Part shown: piece by piece, positions 49,460 to 62,284 of the stretch
Position numbering within the stretch: the first letter of the stretch is position 1
Layout: every line of letters starts with the position of its first letter
Notes under the pieces: model-generated
Databases searched by the model: none
What the model was told of the DNA's origin: nothing
The model's input: only the letters and a program-made list of their open reading frames with translations
Assembly (NCBI RefSeq): GCF_032062105.1
Contig: NW_026930547.1
Span: 1 to 64,000, forward strand
Source: Saccostrea cucullata
Lineage: Eukaryota
DNA length: 64,000 bases
Reading direction: 5' to 3'
Translations under genes and position numbers: made by a program

Positions 49460-50307
49460 GCAATACCAAGTTAAAAACAAATATTTTATGACCAAACATA
49501 AAAACAGTGGTATATGTGAGAGTTTGTGTGCGTACAAATTATCTGGTATGTTTGTTTTTTTTATTAAAAAAATATACTTCATTTTGTTGTTCTTAATCGC
49601 GATTTTACGAAAACATCGGTGTCCGTTTTGGGTTTTAACATTTATAACAGAGTACTAGATTTACCGCTTTTGGCAGGTGATACTGCTGATTTAGTAATAA
49701 ATACGCATGTTTCCTAAAGTTTTTATGCATTAATGAATTTATTTAAACCAAGAAGATGTTCATGAAAAGTTTGAATAAATTATGTGCACTGGTAAAAAAG
49801 AAATTGCTAAATATCCGGTACCGTCGGGCATCGATGCAATTTAACGCTTGCCGTCAGCAAATATTCGTATCTCTTTCAGTGTATGACGCTACACTACAAA
49901 TGTTCCATTACGAAAAACTTTTGAGGTTCTTTATGATTTAGTTTTACTTTGAACGAAATAATATTCAAAATAAGATTACTTTAACATTACGTATACTTAT
50001 ATTATGAAAATTAGATCAATTTGAAAATGACATGAACTATTTGTGGCGGATGGTTATGCATGTTTTTTTGAATATCATCGGAGTAAATTGTTACACAGTA
50101 GCCTCGCTTTCGGTTCTTTATAATCAACACAAATTACTGCGCATGTTAAATGCGTGATGACCATGGGAAATTGAACATAGTTCAACTCCCAAAAATCAAA
50201 ACTTTCCATACCTTTTTTCAACAAACTTAGCACATAGAGCTTCTTTTTTTAATCTATTGAAATGAGTGAAATGTATATAGCAAAATGGCTAAACACAATG
50301 ACATTCC

Positions 50308-50487
50308 NNNNNNNNNNNNNNNNNNNNNNNNNNNNNNNNNNNNNNNNNNNNNNNNNNNNNNNNNNNNNNNNNNNNNNNNNNNNNNNNNNNNNNNNNNNNN
50401 NNNNNNNNNNNNNNNNNNNNNNNNNNNNNNNNNNNNNNNNNNNNNNNNNNNNNNNNNNNNNNNNNNNNNNNNNNNNNNNNNNNNNNN
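50308..50487. other. Assembly gap (180 N)
   Basis: Run of N. Confidence 1.
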
Positions 50488-51359
50488 CAAAAAATTTCAA
50501 AGGAGAATGCAAAAACAAGTATTACAATTTTCTTAAATCAGACCACAATCTTTATTTCAAAGTAAATGCATGTACTTTTTGTAGGTAGTGAAATGAATGT
50601 CAAGTTTGGGCTATATCATTCTCTTTTTTAAATATACATGTAATTAAAAACAGTGGAGAAGAAGATACTCTTAATTTCTGACATTCTTGAATCGTGTATG
50701 ATTAATGTTAAGCCATGGCCCCAGGACAAAGGGACATTTTTATAACCTCAACGTTAGTTTTAAATATTTTTAAAATTTGCAATAAGCAAGATGGGTTTAA
50801 GTTAAAATACCTATAAAGGGTTCCTAAACTTTACAAATCCTTACAAAGAAATATATAACGGGTTGCAGCAAATGTTCTACCAAGCCTTTTTCTTTACTCC
50901 TCATTAGAATATTAAACCATGGTGAATGGAAAAACTTAAGGAGAACTGTTTACTAAAATAGTCAAGGTGGCAAAAATAAAATATGGACGCTCAAAAATCC
51001 AAGGCACTTTAACACAATTTGAAATCACACAATTTTACTAACATAGAAATTATCAGAACGTACGATTTTTCTAAACTTTTTTCACAACTTTTCCCTACGA
51101 TTTGATTAAGTCCAGGCTTTTTTGGACTAGTAATGAAACTCGTTATAAATCACTTGCCATTTTTGTTTAAAAACACTCTGTACAAACAACTTGAAGTATT
51201 TTTAAGCTGATGATAAAGAGATACTGTTTCTGATTGACAATATCAATGAGTTCTTGCAGAGCAGTCTTCCCACATGAAGGAGATGGATATCAATCATGTG
51301 CTCATATATTAGCAAAACCTTTTTTGTCTTGATATGATGTAGAACTTATTTAAAATCTC

Positions 51360-51680
51360 AAGCATGTGAAGAAAACACTCTTTGTGGACTTTATATTCTA
51401 CATTTAGGTATATCGACAACGGACATGTATTATCAAATAGATACTTCAATTCATACGTAGATTCGATATATATACCAGTGAGCTTAAAATAAAATATGCT
51501 ACAGAGTAGTATTTTTAATATTAAAAAAACACCAAACATCTACACTTTATGATAAACGTGATGAATTCAATTTCGTCAATTTCCCTAACTTTTCTAACAA
51601 TATACCATTTAAACCTTCATAAGGTGTTTATGTCTCTAACTCTATTCGTTTTAGTCTATTGGTAAACAAGATAAATAACG
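51360..51680 (+). mobile_element. Penelope-like RT fragment
   Basis: STFRYIDN (YIDD-derived), IYTSELKIK and LYDKRDEFNF remnants, homologous to the 18.1-18.5 kb segment. Confidence 0.6.
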
Positions 51681-52219
51681 TCCAATGTCATTCTACAAGG
51701 GCTGTTCAATACATAATGTCCTCGGTGCTCGGAAAGAAGCAAAAGACGCTTTTCAATGATTTAGTCTTCATGATTTTACTTATTAATCTCTTTTAATTAA
51801 AACACATGTCCGTAACATTTTTTATCCAATTTCTGATTGTTTTTAGAACTCAATTTTGGGTATGACCCTTAGTATACTGGAAAATGGCAGATCCAATGAT
51901 TTCCTGGACTTGTTTTTTCCTTCTGAAAGGTGTTTTTTTCAAGTTTAGAAATAGAAACAAGTCAAAAAATCATAGATCTGGCGAATATTGTAAATGTGAA
52001 AAAAACATTAACTTTCTGTTTATCCCTAAAACCCCTTTACTCTTCGGGGCGTGCGGGTTTGGATGCTGTCATGAAGAAATTTAATGTAGTGGATTCCTGA
52101 TTCTAGGTCCTTCCTCTAATAAACCTTTCGATTTGTTTTGCAAAAAAAACTTTCTAGACTCCTCCAGAAATTAAACTGTCTCCCCGAGTACGAATGTGAA
52201 CAACAAAACTACTAATATT

Positions 52220-52529
52220 TGAGAAAATTGCATATAAATCTGTCTTTGTGCTCTTTCATACCTTTGCTCTTGTCAGACCTTCGCTGTTTTTATCAAGTAC
52301 ATCTTCTTGTAAATTTTGTTTTGAGGGTTTTAAGCAATAGATTCATGTTGCTATATCTGTTTGAATATCAAACATGAGAAAATTGCATATAAATCTGTCT
52401 TCGTGCTCTTTCATACCTTTGCTCTTGTCAGACCTTCGCTGTTTTTATCAAGTACATCTTCTTGTAAATTTTGTTTTGAGGGTTTTAAGCAATAAATTCA
52501 TGTTGCTATATCTGTTTGAATATCAAACA
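52220..52529. repeat. Head-to-tail duplication of 155 bp
   Basis: 52220-52374 and 52375-52529 differ at the two positions I could see (TTTGTG/TTCGTG, AATAGA/AATAAA). Confidence 0.9.
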
Positions 52530-55500
52530 AACGTGGATAATTACATTTACTGATACTTTAAAATAATTGTTAAGACATTCGTACACGCTGTCATTTTCAC
52601 TCGTTTTTCAAAATATAGGGTGACGTTTGAGTACCAAGCTTTTTTACGGTCAAGCGTTTCTTAAAAACAGTCTAAACTACTCCCGATATGGTGATTATCA
52701 AATTTGCTATGTGTCCTAAAGTCATTTTTGTTGAAATTTGGCAAACGGTACATAAGTTGTTATAATTTTTGTTGGCAATGATGGTACCCATTTTTGATGC
52801 CCATTATATAATTTTTTATCATGGAAATCAACCTGCTAATTTGTCTATAAAACAGGCATTGGTTGCTGTAAATGTCACATATTTCAGTGAATATTTCTTA
52901 GGGATTTTTAACAAGTTTTACAGCAGCTTTAATGATGCTTTTATTTTCACTCTAGTTTACTGATTCTTTACAACTCATTTATGATGCAGTGTCTCGAATA
53001 GCCCTTGTTTTCCACAGCTTCTCACAATGAAACTATGTGATGAAAAGTGGTCACATAAACTGTTATAAATTCATTAAAGATTCAATTATGAGAGAAAGTC
53101 AAGTTTAATGTCATATGATATCTGTATTGTATGCCATACAGTTCAGGACATTATTTATTGCACAGCCCTCGTATTGTCGATGCAATGACCCCGTCAGCAA
53201 ATATACGTAAACTATCATTAATCAAAATGCTAACAGACGTTCTGCATATTATTCGACTAAAATCGTATCATGGAACTTGAAGCAATATTTTCATTGTTAA
53301 TTTCAACACCCTGTATCTTGAAATTAATGTGTTGATCATTTGTTTTTGGTTTTTTTAGTCTAAATTGTTATCTCTTGTTTTCTTTTTTACGCCTCCACAC
53401 TATGGTAGACCTTTATTTGCGGGTTTCAAGGGATTTGTTAAGAAATTGATTTCCTTTTCAATTTCTTCTGGTGGCATTGAAGAGGAGCTATTTCTTAGCA
53501 AGAAAGTATGTCCTTAAACAATATGCATTTTACAATATACTGCTGGATCTTGGTTTCATATTTGTGTCTATTAGCAAAACAAAATCACTATTTGCAAATT
53601 TCTTTGCTCCAAAAATGCTTTTTCTTTGAATCATTTTATTATTTTTATGTATCTTAATGCAAACCAAAAAATCAACGGTAACTTTATGAATAACGGATTC
53701 ATGCCATCAGGTTCCAAAATGTGATTCTCCAGAAGAGTTGACCCATCTATCAATTATAAAATCCAAAAAAAAGCTTTTTATTTAGCATACACTGAAAATA
53801 ATTAGAAATTAACATTAAACAATTAATTACAGTACCGTCATATTTTAGTAAATGTATTATCAGCAAGCATATTTATTTTCCAGATGATTAATTAATCTTA
53901 GTCTTCATATTTTATTCAAATGATAATTTGATTATGCCTAATTTATGTCAGATTTATAGATATACACAGTGCAAAATTGTGTGAAAGAAAGTCGTATATT
54001 ATATATTTACTTTTTAGGGCAAACATTTCTAAGTCAAAGCAAGCTGCTCTCACCCAGAACCAAAATACATATTTTTTTTCAAATATCTTCTGAATCATCT
54101 TTTTGATAACACCAGCCATGTGTATGTATTTAACCTAAACTTGCAATGAAAAACCCCAACATCCTTCCTTAAAGGAATGAAATGTAACATACATTACAGA
54201 AATCAATCAGTCCCGATCCACCATCCACTAGGTATCTACTTCTGGGATTTTCTAGCGTCAAAGCGTCAACAAACGCGTCATTGACCTTGGTGTCATTTAA
54301 AAGAGCCATAATTAGTCCGGAAAAGTATGCATATCAAATATGTAAAGTCTCACTTCAGTATCAGCTTTATCCCACATTTCCTCTTTATCACGTTTTAAAC
54401 GTTCAAACTAAAATAAATTGAAGTAAACCTGTTATACTCTCTTGTTTATTCCAAGAGCATGCAACACCAGATTTTTATGGCTATAGGAGAATTTCATGTT
54501 ATTTATTATTGTATGAAATCGTTTAAAAAAAATTTACAAAATTACAATTTTGTCTAAGTATATTCGGAAAAAAGCTAAGATGTAAATGTAATATACATTA
54601 TTTTCTTTTGAAACAATTCAAATGTGCTTAAAGTATCATGAATTTTTAATACATCTTTTAAATAACAAAGCATGCAAAAATAAAAAAAATAAAAAAGAAA
54701 AGAATATTCTATTTAAAGTTTAAGTCGGAAAAATAAGTCGTCATATTTATAATTTCATAGTTCTTAAATACAAGTACGACATAAACTGCAGAGGTTTTTT
54801 TTTATTGCAAAACTCTAAAAATGACTTGATTTAATTGTAAATAAGGAAAAAATAAACAATTCTCTTTTAGCAGATGAGTTTCCTATCCTTAGTTCTAGGT
54901 AAACAAAAATCAGGATTAAAAATCATACATTGCTACCTATACGAATTCCTGTTACCCCTCCAAAATTCCCTGGCTCAACAATGACAACTTTTACTCCAAA
55001 CTTCCTCATTTCAAGTCTTAGACAGTCTGAGAAATTTTCCACGCCAAACTTAGTGATTCCATAGACCGATATTCTAGGAAGTGACACGAGGCCTTTTACA
55101 CTCGTGTTGTTCACAATTCGACCTATTATAAAGGATAACGTTTATATGTTGCAGGATTTTAAAATATAAAAATATCAAAATTAGAAAAAAAATTCATTCT
55201 TATAAGATAGACGCGAAGAATGATCACGAATAGATGTAGGCACACTGATAAAGTACACTGAGATTTGTTTTAATTTTTTTGCAGATTTTTTGAAAATGTC
55301 ATTCATAGTAGTATGACCTTTATATATTCTAAACTTCTGAATATTTACAAGTGTTTTCACCAAATTATTGTGTTATATGTCCAATTCACAAATTTTGTTC
55401 TTCTTTCTTTAAAATAATCTTTTCTTCAAATAATTCAATATATATGATATTATATTCATAATTTCTTATCATGCTTAATACCTTGAGATTTTCTAATCAT

Positions 55501-56321
55501 GGGTAAGAAAACTTTTGTGACGTTTATCATGCCGAAAAGATTCACTTCCGCCACACGTCTATACATATCTATTGTACAGAATTCTATGTCTCCATAAAAG
55601 TCAATCCCTGCATTGTTGATCACAGCCCACAGACCTAAAGAAAATTACATGTGATTACTTTTTTAGATAAGAAGATAAAGTTGTGACAAAAATTTCCTTG
55701 ATAAAATAATTAATATTGAAGCGGTTAATAAGTGAGTAAAAATATGCTGATAAGGTTAACTTTCATCCTGTAAAAAATAATAATATTAAACGAAAATATT
55801 AAAAAAAAAAAAAAAAAAAAAACTTTTTCATGATGTGCTAAATTTCTTCAGAAAGGAAAATTAATGAATTTTATATACTATAGAAAAAAATATAGTAATT
55901 TACAAACCACACCCAGTTTGTTCGTGCACCGCCTCCACGTAACTTTTGGCAGCTCTGATTTGTTCCTCTTTTGTGACGTCCAGCTGTACGACATGAAGAC
56001 GTTTAGAACAAGACTTTGTTAATTCTGCTGCCTCAGTTCCATCTCCCGACAGACAGCCAGCAAACACATGGAACCCCATCTTATCCAGGCGCTTAGCCAG
56101 GTCATGTCCAAATCCTGAAAAAAAGGAACTGTACATCTAATCCGGCCACTTTGAATGCCTTGTCCAAATCTTGAGAAAAAAAATTAACTAATTTAACAGA
56201 ATATTTAGGGTTTGGAATTTATTTAGAACTGGTACCTCATCAAGTCATCTTGATCGAAATTGAGAGACATCTACATGTAATTTGTCCCAAAGAGTTCTTA
56301 CAGTTGGCTTGAACAATATAA

Positions 56322-56775
56322 TTTTTAGCCAGGCTTATTGCTCAAAGAGCAATTGCCGGCTAATGTCATCCTGTTCAAGGCAGGAAGTCAACCCCATAGT
56401 CGCAATTTAAAAGTTACGTGCAAAAATATAGTTCTTACTCTCAACCGCTTTTGAGATAATACAAACGCTAAATAAAGCAACAAAAATAAAACGAAGTTTT
56501 ATCTATATAAATAAACATTAGTAGTAATGACTTTGAAAACTTCAGTCCTAAGTCAAAGAACATAGTTCATTTGCGTAAGGATTTTTGATAATCAGGGTTA
56601 TCGTAGTTCTCTACACATACGACGTAAATCAGGAGAGGGAAACCAGACTGACCTGTTTGTTTACACTCAGCTACGGTACCAGATTAATTCTGATTCTGAC
56701 AAAATCGGACCGTGGTATTAGGATTGGAAAACTCACTGTCAGTGTCTTATCATTTATATTGATAGTATTAAAATA
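56322..56775. repeat. Dispersed repeat (HINE-like end hairpin) shared with 38606-38870
   Basis: Hairpin AGCCAGGCTTATTGCTC-AAA-GAGCAATTGCCGGCT plus shared downstream blocks. Confidence 0.65.
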
Positions 56776-57001
56776 ATTTTTCATCAGAATATATTTACAT
56801 CCACTGAATATTTTCTACTTTATTTCTTAAGAAAACCCATTGCGTTTATCACTGCATAAACTACATTAGGCATGGCGCCGGTACAGATTTCTTGATCAGT
56901 GGCTGTTCCATCAATGAAACGTATAAAGACGTTCGCATCATTAATACAATAATTAATCTTTTTAATCCTACTTTAAATGATTATTTAAACAGATTTAAAT
57001 A

Positions 57002-57165
57002 TAAACAATAAAATGTTTTCTTCGTTTGATATTACTGGAATTAACGGTCGCAGCTATTGCAGAAAAAAATTACATAACCCGCTTACGCGGGTTATGTATT
57101 TTTTCTGCAACAGCTGCTTCCGTTAATTCCAGTAATAACAAACAAAGAAAGAATTTTATTGTTTA
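57002..57165. repeat. ~165-bp palindrome (~80-bp arms, 4-nt loop)
   Basis: Centre TACATAACCCGC-TTAC-GCGGGTTATGTA; the arms extend to TAAACAATAAAAT / ATTTTATTGTTTA. Confidence 0.9.
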
Positions 57166-57586
57166 AATAAACGTGATTCATGTAAGAAATTCATTCTACT
57201 CTGTAAATGAGCCCGGTTCTCTGTACTTCTGAGTACTTTGATAATGAATCTTAGCAGTAATGATACACTTTACGATGGTGAGTGAAGCATTTTTTCCAAA
57301 ATGGCTGTGGTTTCCAAAGAAACAATAAACGTAATTTTGAGAAAAATTTCATTTTTGCTAATCAAGGGTCTCTAATCTCCTGATATATATCCTCCCAAAC
57401 CATTGGACTGTGGAAGGTGCTATCGAAAGTCCAGATTTTTTTTTTGAGCTATGATTGACATTCAGAGTGTGTGATTGGAGTAAATGATATTGTTCGACCA
57501 ATCAGCGATTGATTTTGTATATGATATCTCTGAACGGGATACAGTTTCAAAACATAAGCGAAAAATCCGTAATATAACGTGCCTTA

Positions 57587-58676
57587 CTTCCCGTTCACAC
57601 GGAGCTGCGACTTTACGACGATCATCCTGTTCAAGCCACGATGTTAAAAAGTTTTGGATCGAGGCGGATCGGAGCCGATCGGTGTCTACTTCGAGCAACT
57701 TGGCAAAGTATGGTCTTCATTACGACCGCACTACAAAGCCCCTTCATCAAACGCGCTCCTATCACGCTTCTAATACGAATATTACGCGGACTGTTGCCGA
57801 CCAGCGGGCGTGTTTACGGCGTTTACGCTACGCTGCCACTACGACATACAAGATCATAGATGACTTTACAACGATATCGCGACGGTGGTGCCGATCATAT
57901 TACGATTGTATGACGCTCCTGGTACGATTTTGGCGATGATGTATATATATATATATACATGTATCTTGCAACGGCGGATTTTTCTGGTAGGATTTTGTAT
58001 ATATGATTTTTCATGGCCTTTACCACGTGCTTTACGGGGCATTTTCAATTGAAACTGTAACAAGATGTGAAAAGTTCGAAGACTCAACTGCAAATGATCG
58101 TCAAGAATAGTGTTACCCTTTACAGTAGTAGTTGACTGATGATGATAGGCTATAAAAACAAACTGCTGCCTGATAGGTCGTGGTATGATCGGCGTAAGGT
58201 CATTGTAGGTCTTCGTAGGATCGACAGAGAATTCGTAGTGGGAACGTAGTAAGAACGTAGTGTGAGCGTTGTAGGAGCGGACTACACAAGTTCCTACGCT
58301 TTTACTGCGCTTTTACTACGATCACGGAGATCTCTCCACGATGCTTCCGCGCTGCTTGTACGATTACAGCGCTTTTATTACGCTCTTTTTACGATTTTAC
58401 CCCAATTCTTGTTTTGAGCTTGTTCAAAATTGTTGAAAATAAGCGTGGCGAGAGCGCAGAGCTCGCCGATCATTAGCTGCAATAATGTAGCCCTCTCCGA
58501 AATAAGATAAAAAAAAATCGGAGAGGGCTACATTATTGCAGCTAGCCGATCATGAAGACCATACCGCGATCATACTGCGCTTATGAAGATCCCACTACGT
58601 TTTTTTCCTGCGATCGGCCACGTTTTTGGCCACGCTTTAATCGCAGTAGAAACGGAGTCTATGTGTGAACGGGGGG
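57587..58676. mobile_element. Non-autonomous PIF/Harbinger-type DNA transposon (~1.09 kb)
   Basis: TTA duplicated at 57584-57586 and 58677-58679; 14-bp TIR CTTCCCGTTCACAC / GTGTGAACGGGGGG; CpG-rich interior (TACG/CGAT motifs); no transposase ORF. Confidence 0.75.
58474..58544. mobile_element. 71-bp MITE with perfect 27-bp TIRs and 9-bp TSD, nested in the Harbinger-type element
   Basis: TAGCTGCAATAATGTAGCCCTCTCCGA, a 17-nt spacer, then its exact reverse complement; GCCGATCAT at 58465-58473 and 58545-58553. Confidence 0.9.
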
Positions 58677-60065
58677 TTACGAATAAAATAGATGAAATAA
58701 AATAAAAAGCTCAAAATACCTTTGTAACGTAAACTGTCAAGATTTGTACAGCATACGAAGCCAAAAAAAAAAACTATGCTAGCGAAGATGGAAAATTTAA
58801 GAATAATAATTGCTTTAACTGTGTTTCACTCCAAATTTGCAATAATAAAATTTAACGATTTTTGAAGTTTTCTATTTAGATTTAATAATGTGTCAGATTT
58901 TCAAAGTTACCAGCATTAGAAATAAGTGTGTGTCTTCAGGTCCTGCCATTAAAAGCCATGTTCAAAAAAATTCCGACATTGATTGACAAAAGTCATTTTG
59001 ATAAAACACTATGGTGGAGTAAAATCAGACAAAGAGCATAGAAAAATAAAAGGATGCACAAAAGTTTACAACTATAACCATCAGTTTTGTCAAAAGATTA
59101 CTACTTACCAGTATCACATCCGGTGATCAAAACTCCCTGACCCCTGACTGTAATTCTTTGTGTTCCGGAGACACGTGCATTATACAGATACCACAGTAAA
59201 ATGGCTACCACCCCAAAAACAAGAAAATGTAACATTTCTTTAGAAATTTGGAAATTAATAACTTGTCCCTAAGTTGCACAAAACGAATCAGAATTGCGAT
59301 TCGGGCACAAGATTAAAACTTAGCTGATAACAAAGGCATTGGTCCCAATATAGGACGGTGGATTTTCTCTTTAATTATAAGTTAGCACTGTCACAAGTCT
59401 TCGATTTTAAGGGCATGTATAAAACTGTGGAAAAAATTAAGACATGGATAATGAAGTATAGATTTTATCATAATTATCCTTTATAAACGAAATGTTTAGT
59501 TATTAAAGTGTTATTTATTACCGATATCAAATAGTCCCAACAAGCAAATTACATGTAATATAAAGAATTTTGCCCCCCCCCCCCCTTTGAGTGTCTTAGT
59601 GATTGGGAAGAAATTATTCATAGCATCTATTATATATTGAAATGCAAATGTCAAACATAAATTTCCCATCTTCTCTCATTCGGAAGTTGATATACTTTTT
59701 TTAATATGAAAATTAGCTCAAATTTTAAGATCAAGGTAATGGGATTAAAAATCGTAGTACATGTGGAAATGCACAAATTAATTATGAATGCCTTCAGTTA
59801 TCTTCTCTTTTCAAAAGGTTTTGAGCAATGTTAGTTTTTAGTCAAAATGAAAGGTCAAGGTCACTGGCACTATATCATAACACATTCGGAAACAGATGTA
59901 GTACATGTCAAATAAGAACGTCCTATCTTTTCTCATTCAAAAGTCATCGTCAATGTTACAATTTTAAATTTTTATAAATTAGGTAAAAGTTAATTAAGGT
60001 TAAGGTAAGGCCAGAAACGCACTGACAAGAAAACGATGAATTTCTTACCTTTCCTTATTCAAAAG

Positions 60066-60600
60066 AGGAGGGATCAGGTGTCATGGAGAATTGAGTACCC
60101 CCCTCCGACCGGTCACCTAGTCTTGTGCGTCTTGTCATGACGAGGGAAAAACTGAAAAATTCATATAGACAATTTGGTTTGTAAATAATTTTCAAACAAT
60201 TAGTATGAAAAACGTGAGGATTTTACTAAATAATAGTTTATATTGCTGACGTTCTCATTGTATCGACCAAAAATCTTGTGAAATGCATGATGACTTCAAA
60301 ACAGACTGTAGATATCCTTGTTTCATCAACTTGTTTGTCAATAGTTTGTTTCTTTGAAAAAAATATTCATAAGCAGAATATGTTCTTACGCGTATCTAAC
60401 CAACTGAGAATCATATATCCATGCAGTATGCAGGTGAAAAGGATGTATTGCCACATAAGTCAAAAAAGTTGACGATAGAAAAGTTAAACTCATCACATTT
60501 AATTTAAATAGCATAAAGATTTGTTGTTATGTTACCATTAACGTCTTTTTCTAAAAACATCAAAATATGAAATAGATGTGCAAGACTCTGGTATCTTTTT
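60066..60600 (-). mobile_element. Penelope-like 3' fragment
   Basis: Collinear with ~17850-18380 (GGGATCAGGTG, GACCGGTCAC, TTTCATCAACTTGTTTGTCAATA, GCAGGTGA). Confidence 0.7.
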
Positions 60601-62284
60601 ACAAATTCAATTTTTTTCTGCAAAACAAATATATTAGAGTAAATTCGGCCTGATGTTTCATTTTTCTTCTTTAAATTTCAGTCCTATTTTTAAAAAATAA
60701 ACTCCTTTTGTAATTGCGAGTCTTAGATCAAAAATGGGTATTGCTAAGTTCAATGGCCCTGGAGTCTTGCTTTAATGCATATATTTTAACATCAGTTAGT
60801 CCTTAACTGATAACTAATCCATCTATAAATTGAAGGAATATAATATGCTCTTATTTTATGAGGAAAACACATTTCTGATCAAACTTAGCTAGAAAATAAA
60901 TTAGATCGGGATCGGAATATCTCAAACTCCTCCTCTTTGCACCGGATCCAAAAACAAAAGGTAGACAATTTTTGTAGCAGACAGCATTTTGAAAAAAATA
61001 TGCATATAAGATATACTTTCAATCACACTTATCTTATTGAATGAAAAATTTCATAAGATAGCATGGACAATATTTGATTTGATATTAATAGGAACATCGT
61101 TGGGTTTTTTAGGGATAATGCACGATTGGCTTGAATTGAAAATATCCCATGCCAGCATCTCTATTGAAGCTTTGTTATGTTTTACAAGCAAACGCATCAT
61201 TTATTAATTTAAATTATAGCTTATATGCCTATGTTTTAAGGTATTTATATCCTCACAATTTTATGGATTCAAAGTAGAAAAAACATTTTTCCTAAATATA
61301 CATGTATACATAGACCTAATTCGCTTTAGGTCTATGATGTATATTAACTTATGGCTATAAAATGTATAGATCGCCACAGATGTAAGTTAATCAAAAGATG
61401 CTTCCTTTGGTCGTAAGTACGGGAATTAATGTCTCACTAAATGAACACCCCTCCCCCGCCTCCAATAGAAATGGCAGTGTCCATATTTTGCTATTGGAAA
61501 CCCAAAATATGTGTCGGATCAAAAAGTAAAATAGGAGGTCACAATGGCATTATGTAATAAAGATTCTCTAAAAGTCAAATTTCATTCAGCGGTATAAGAG
61601 GAGTTGCGGATAAGAGATAGGGTACCCCAAAGCTGACATCCTGATTACTATATATACCCTCCCACTTTGCAAGCAGGGGGTATACTAATTTTACAAACAA
61701 TTCGTTCTAAGTTCAAAAAGTAGACAAAGCACCGCAATATAAATTTGGTAATCGTAGTAGTGAAGAAAAATTCGTTTTATCAATGCGGAAAAATATTTTT
61801 TTACAAGCGTACAAACTTAGACCTAAATTGTTGCATTTAGGTAGCTTAGAAGGTAATATTTGGAAAAACCGGAAAATTTTAAAAGTATAGGGAAGTCCTT
61901 AATGCATTGATTTTCTTCTAACAATGTTCAATGCCATCACCGCCATACTTACATAATTCGTTGGAACGGGGGGGCTAGTGGGGCTTAGCCCCTTCCCCAA
62001 ACTTTTTTTGCAAAAGAATAATATCATGCATTTGCTAGAATATTGACTTATCTTTGCCATTTTTTTCAAAGTGCGTTTATATGGTCGATATAAATGGGCT
62101 TTGAAAGGATTTTTTTTTATAGTGCGTTAACTACCCTTTATGTCCCAAATTTTACGCACTTTTAAAAAAATTGTTGAAGTGCCTAATTTCAAAGTGCGTT
62201 GTAATATTGTCGTCATCCTTCTAAATATAATCTATTCTCTGACCTTATTCATTCTTTGACTTGTTCTTATTTATTTTTTCTTTG

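Larger units (their letters stand above)
53707..59235 (-). pseudogene. BDH1/SDR9C-like dehydrogenase copy B (exons 1-4 intact, exons 5-6 frameshifted)
   Basis: Exons 59235-59109, 56114-55908, 55634-55482 and 55122-54929 have the same lengths as copy A (127/207/153/194), with [39 protein letters not shown]. Exon 5 (54407-54193, 215 nt) has TAA at 54314-54312 and a shifted frame containing DAFVDALT...RYLVDGG. Exon 6 (53791-53707) carries a deletion and frameshift. Confidence 0.75.

Noticed and set aside
48036-50588. ORFs spanning N-runs
   Set aside because: Artefacts of assembly gaps.
57484-57939. 151-aa ORF as a gene or transposase
   Set aside because: Lies mostly in the CpG-rich interior of a non-autonomous element; no DDE or other recognisable motif.
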